Source of the DNA: Octopus vulgaris
Taxonomy: Eukaryota
DNA: 64,000 nucleotides
Assembly: GCA_951406725.2 (NCBI GenBank)
Contig: OX597829.1
Coordinates: 3,224,001 to 3,288,000 of the forward strand
Direction of reading: 5' to 3'
Both the position numbers and the translations under genes were made by a program. The notes under the pieces are model-generated. The model saw nothing but the letters and a program-made list of their open reading frames with translations. It ran no database searches and was not told where the DNA came from. Positions 63,794 through 64,000 of the stretch are shown piece by piece (position 1 is the first letter of the stretch; each line of letters opens with the position of its first letter).

Positions 63794-64000
63794 CTTGCAT
63801 GTACTTATTTGATTGGAAAATGTTTTTATAAGTTTTCCAAGCAAAACGGTTTGTTCTGTATTTTTCTTAAACACATTTAGATCAGTTTAATGAACCTACT
63901 TACAGTTTATTCAGCTAAATATACGTTAAAATATCTATTGTTTTCACTCAAAGCAATTTGGTATTATGTGTATTAAAAGAAATCACACTGTCACGGTCAG

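Noticed and set aside
63895-63915. Minus-strand gtaagt donor near the window end as another NOC4L exon
   Set aside because: The upstream sequence gives no convincing Noc4-like open frame or acceptor.

Overview
Eukaryotic, AT-rich, very repeat-dense animal DNA. The SINE/RTE repertoire and microsatellite load look like a coleoid cephalopod (Octopus); this is recognition, not a database result. The only host gene I can support is the 3' part of NOC4L (nucleolar complex protein 4, CBF/Mak21 domain) on the minus strand: nine GT-AG exons between 57862 and 29480 that splice in frame to 906 nt (301 aa plus stop). Its 5' exons are not identifiable in the window. Positions 1-29 kb appear intergenic. 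The rest is mobile DNA: RTE and R4/Dong LINE fragments, four tRNA-type SINE families, non-autonomous Helitrons, a Merlin-like MITE family (8-bp TSD), Tc1 (D36E spacing), Tigger, hAT and piggyBac-type MITEs, several fold-back hairpins and microsatellites. Nearly all ORFs in the supplied track are repeat artefacts. Best leads: (1) a TSD-bounded ~350-bp bipartite RTE element whose 5' end can be drawn as an HDV-like ribozyme; (2) a SINE family that repeatedly inserts at GGTAT targets; (3) a hammerhead-like motif with a non-canonical core; (4) a PHD finger inside an RTE reverse transcriptase; (5) a DD36E Tc1; (6) a candidate poison exon in NOC4L. All coordinates were read by eye and may be a few nt off for repeats.
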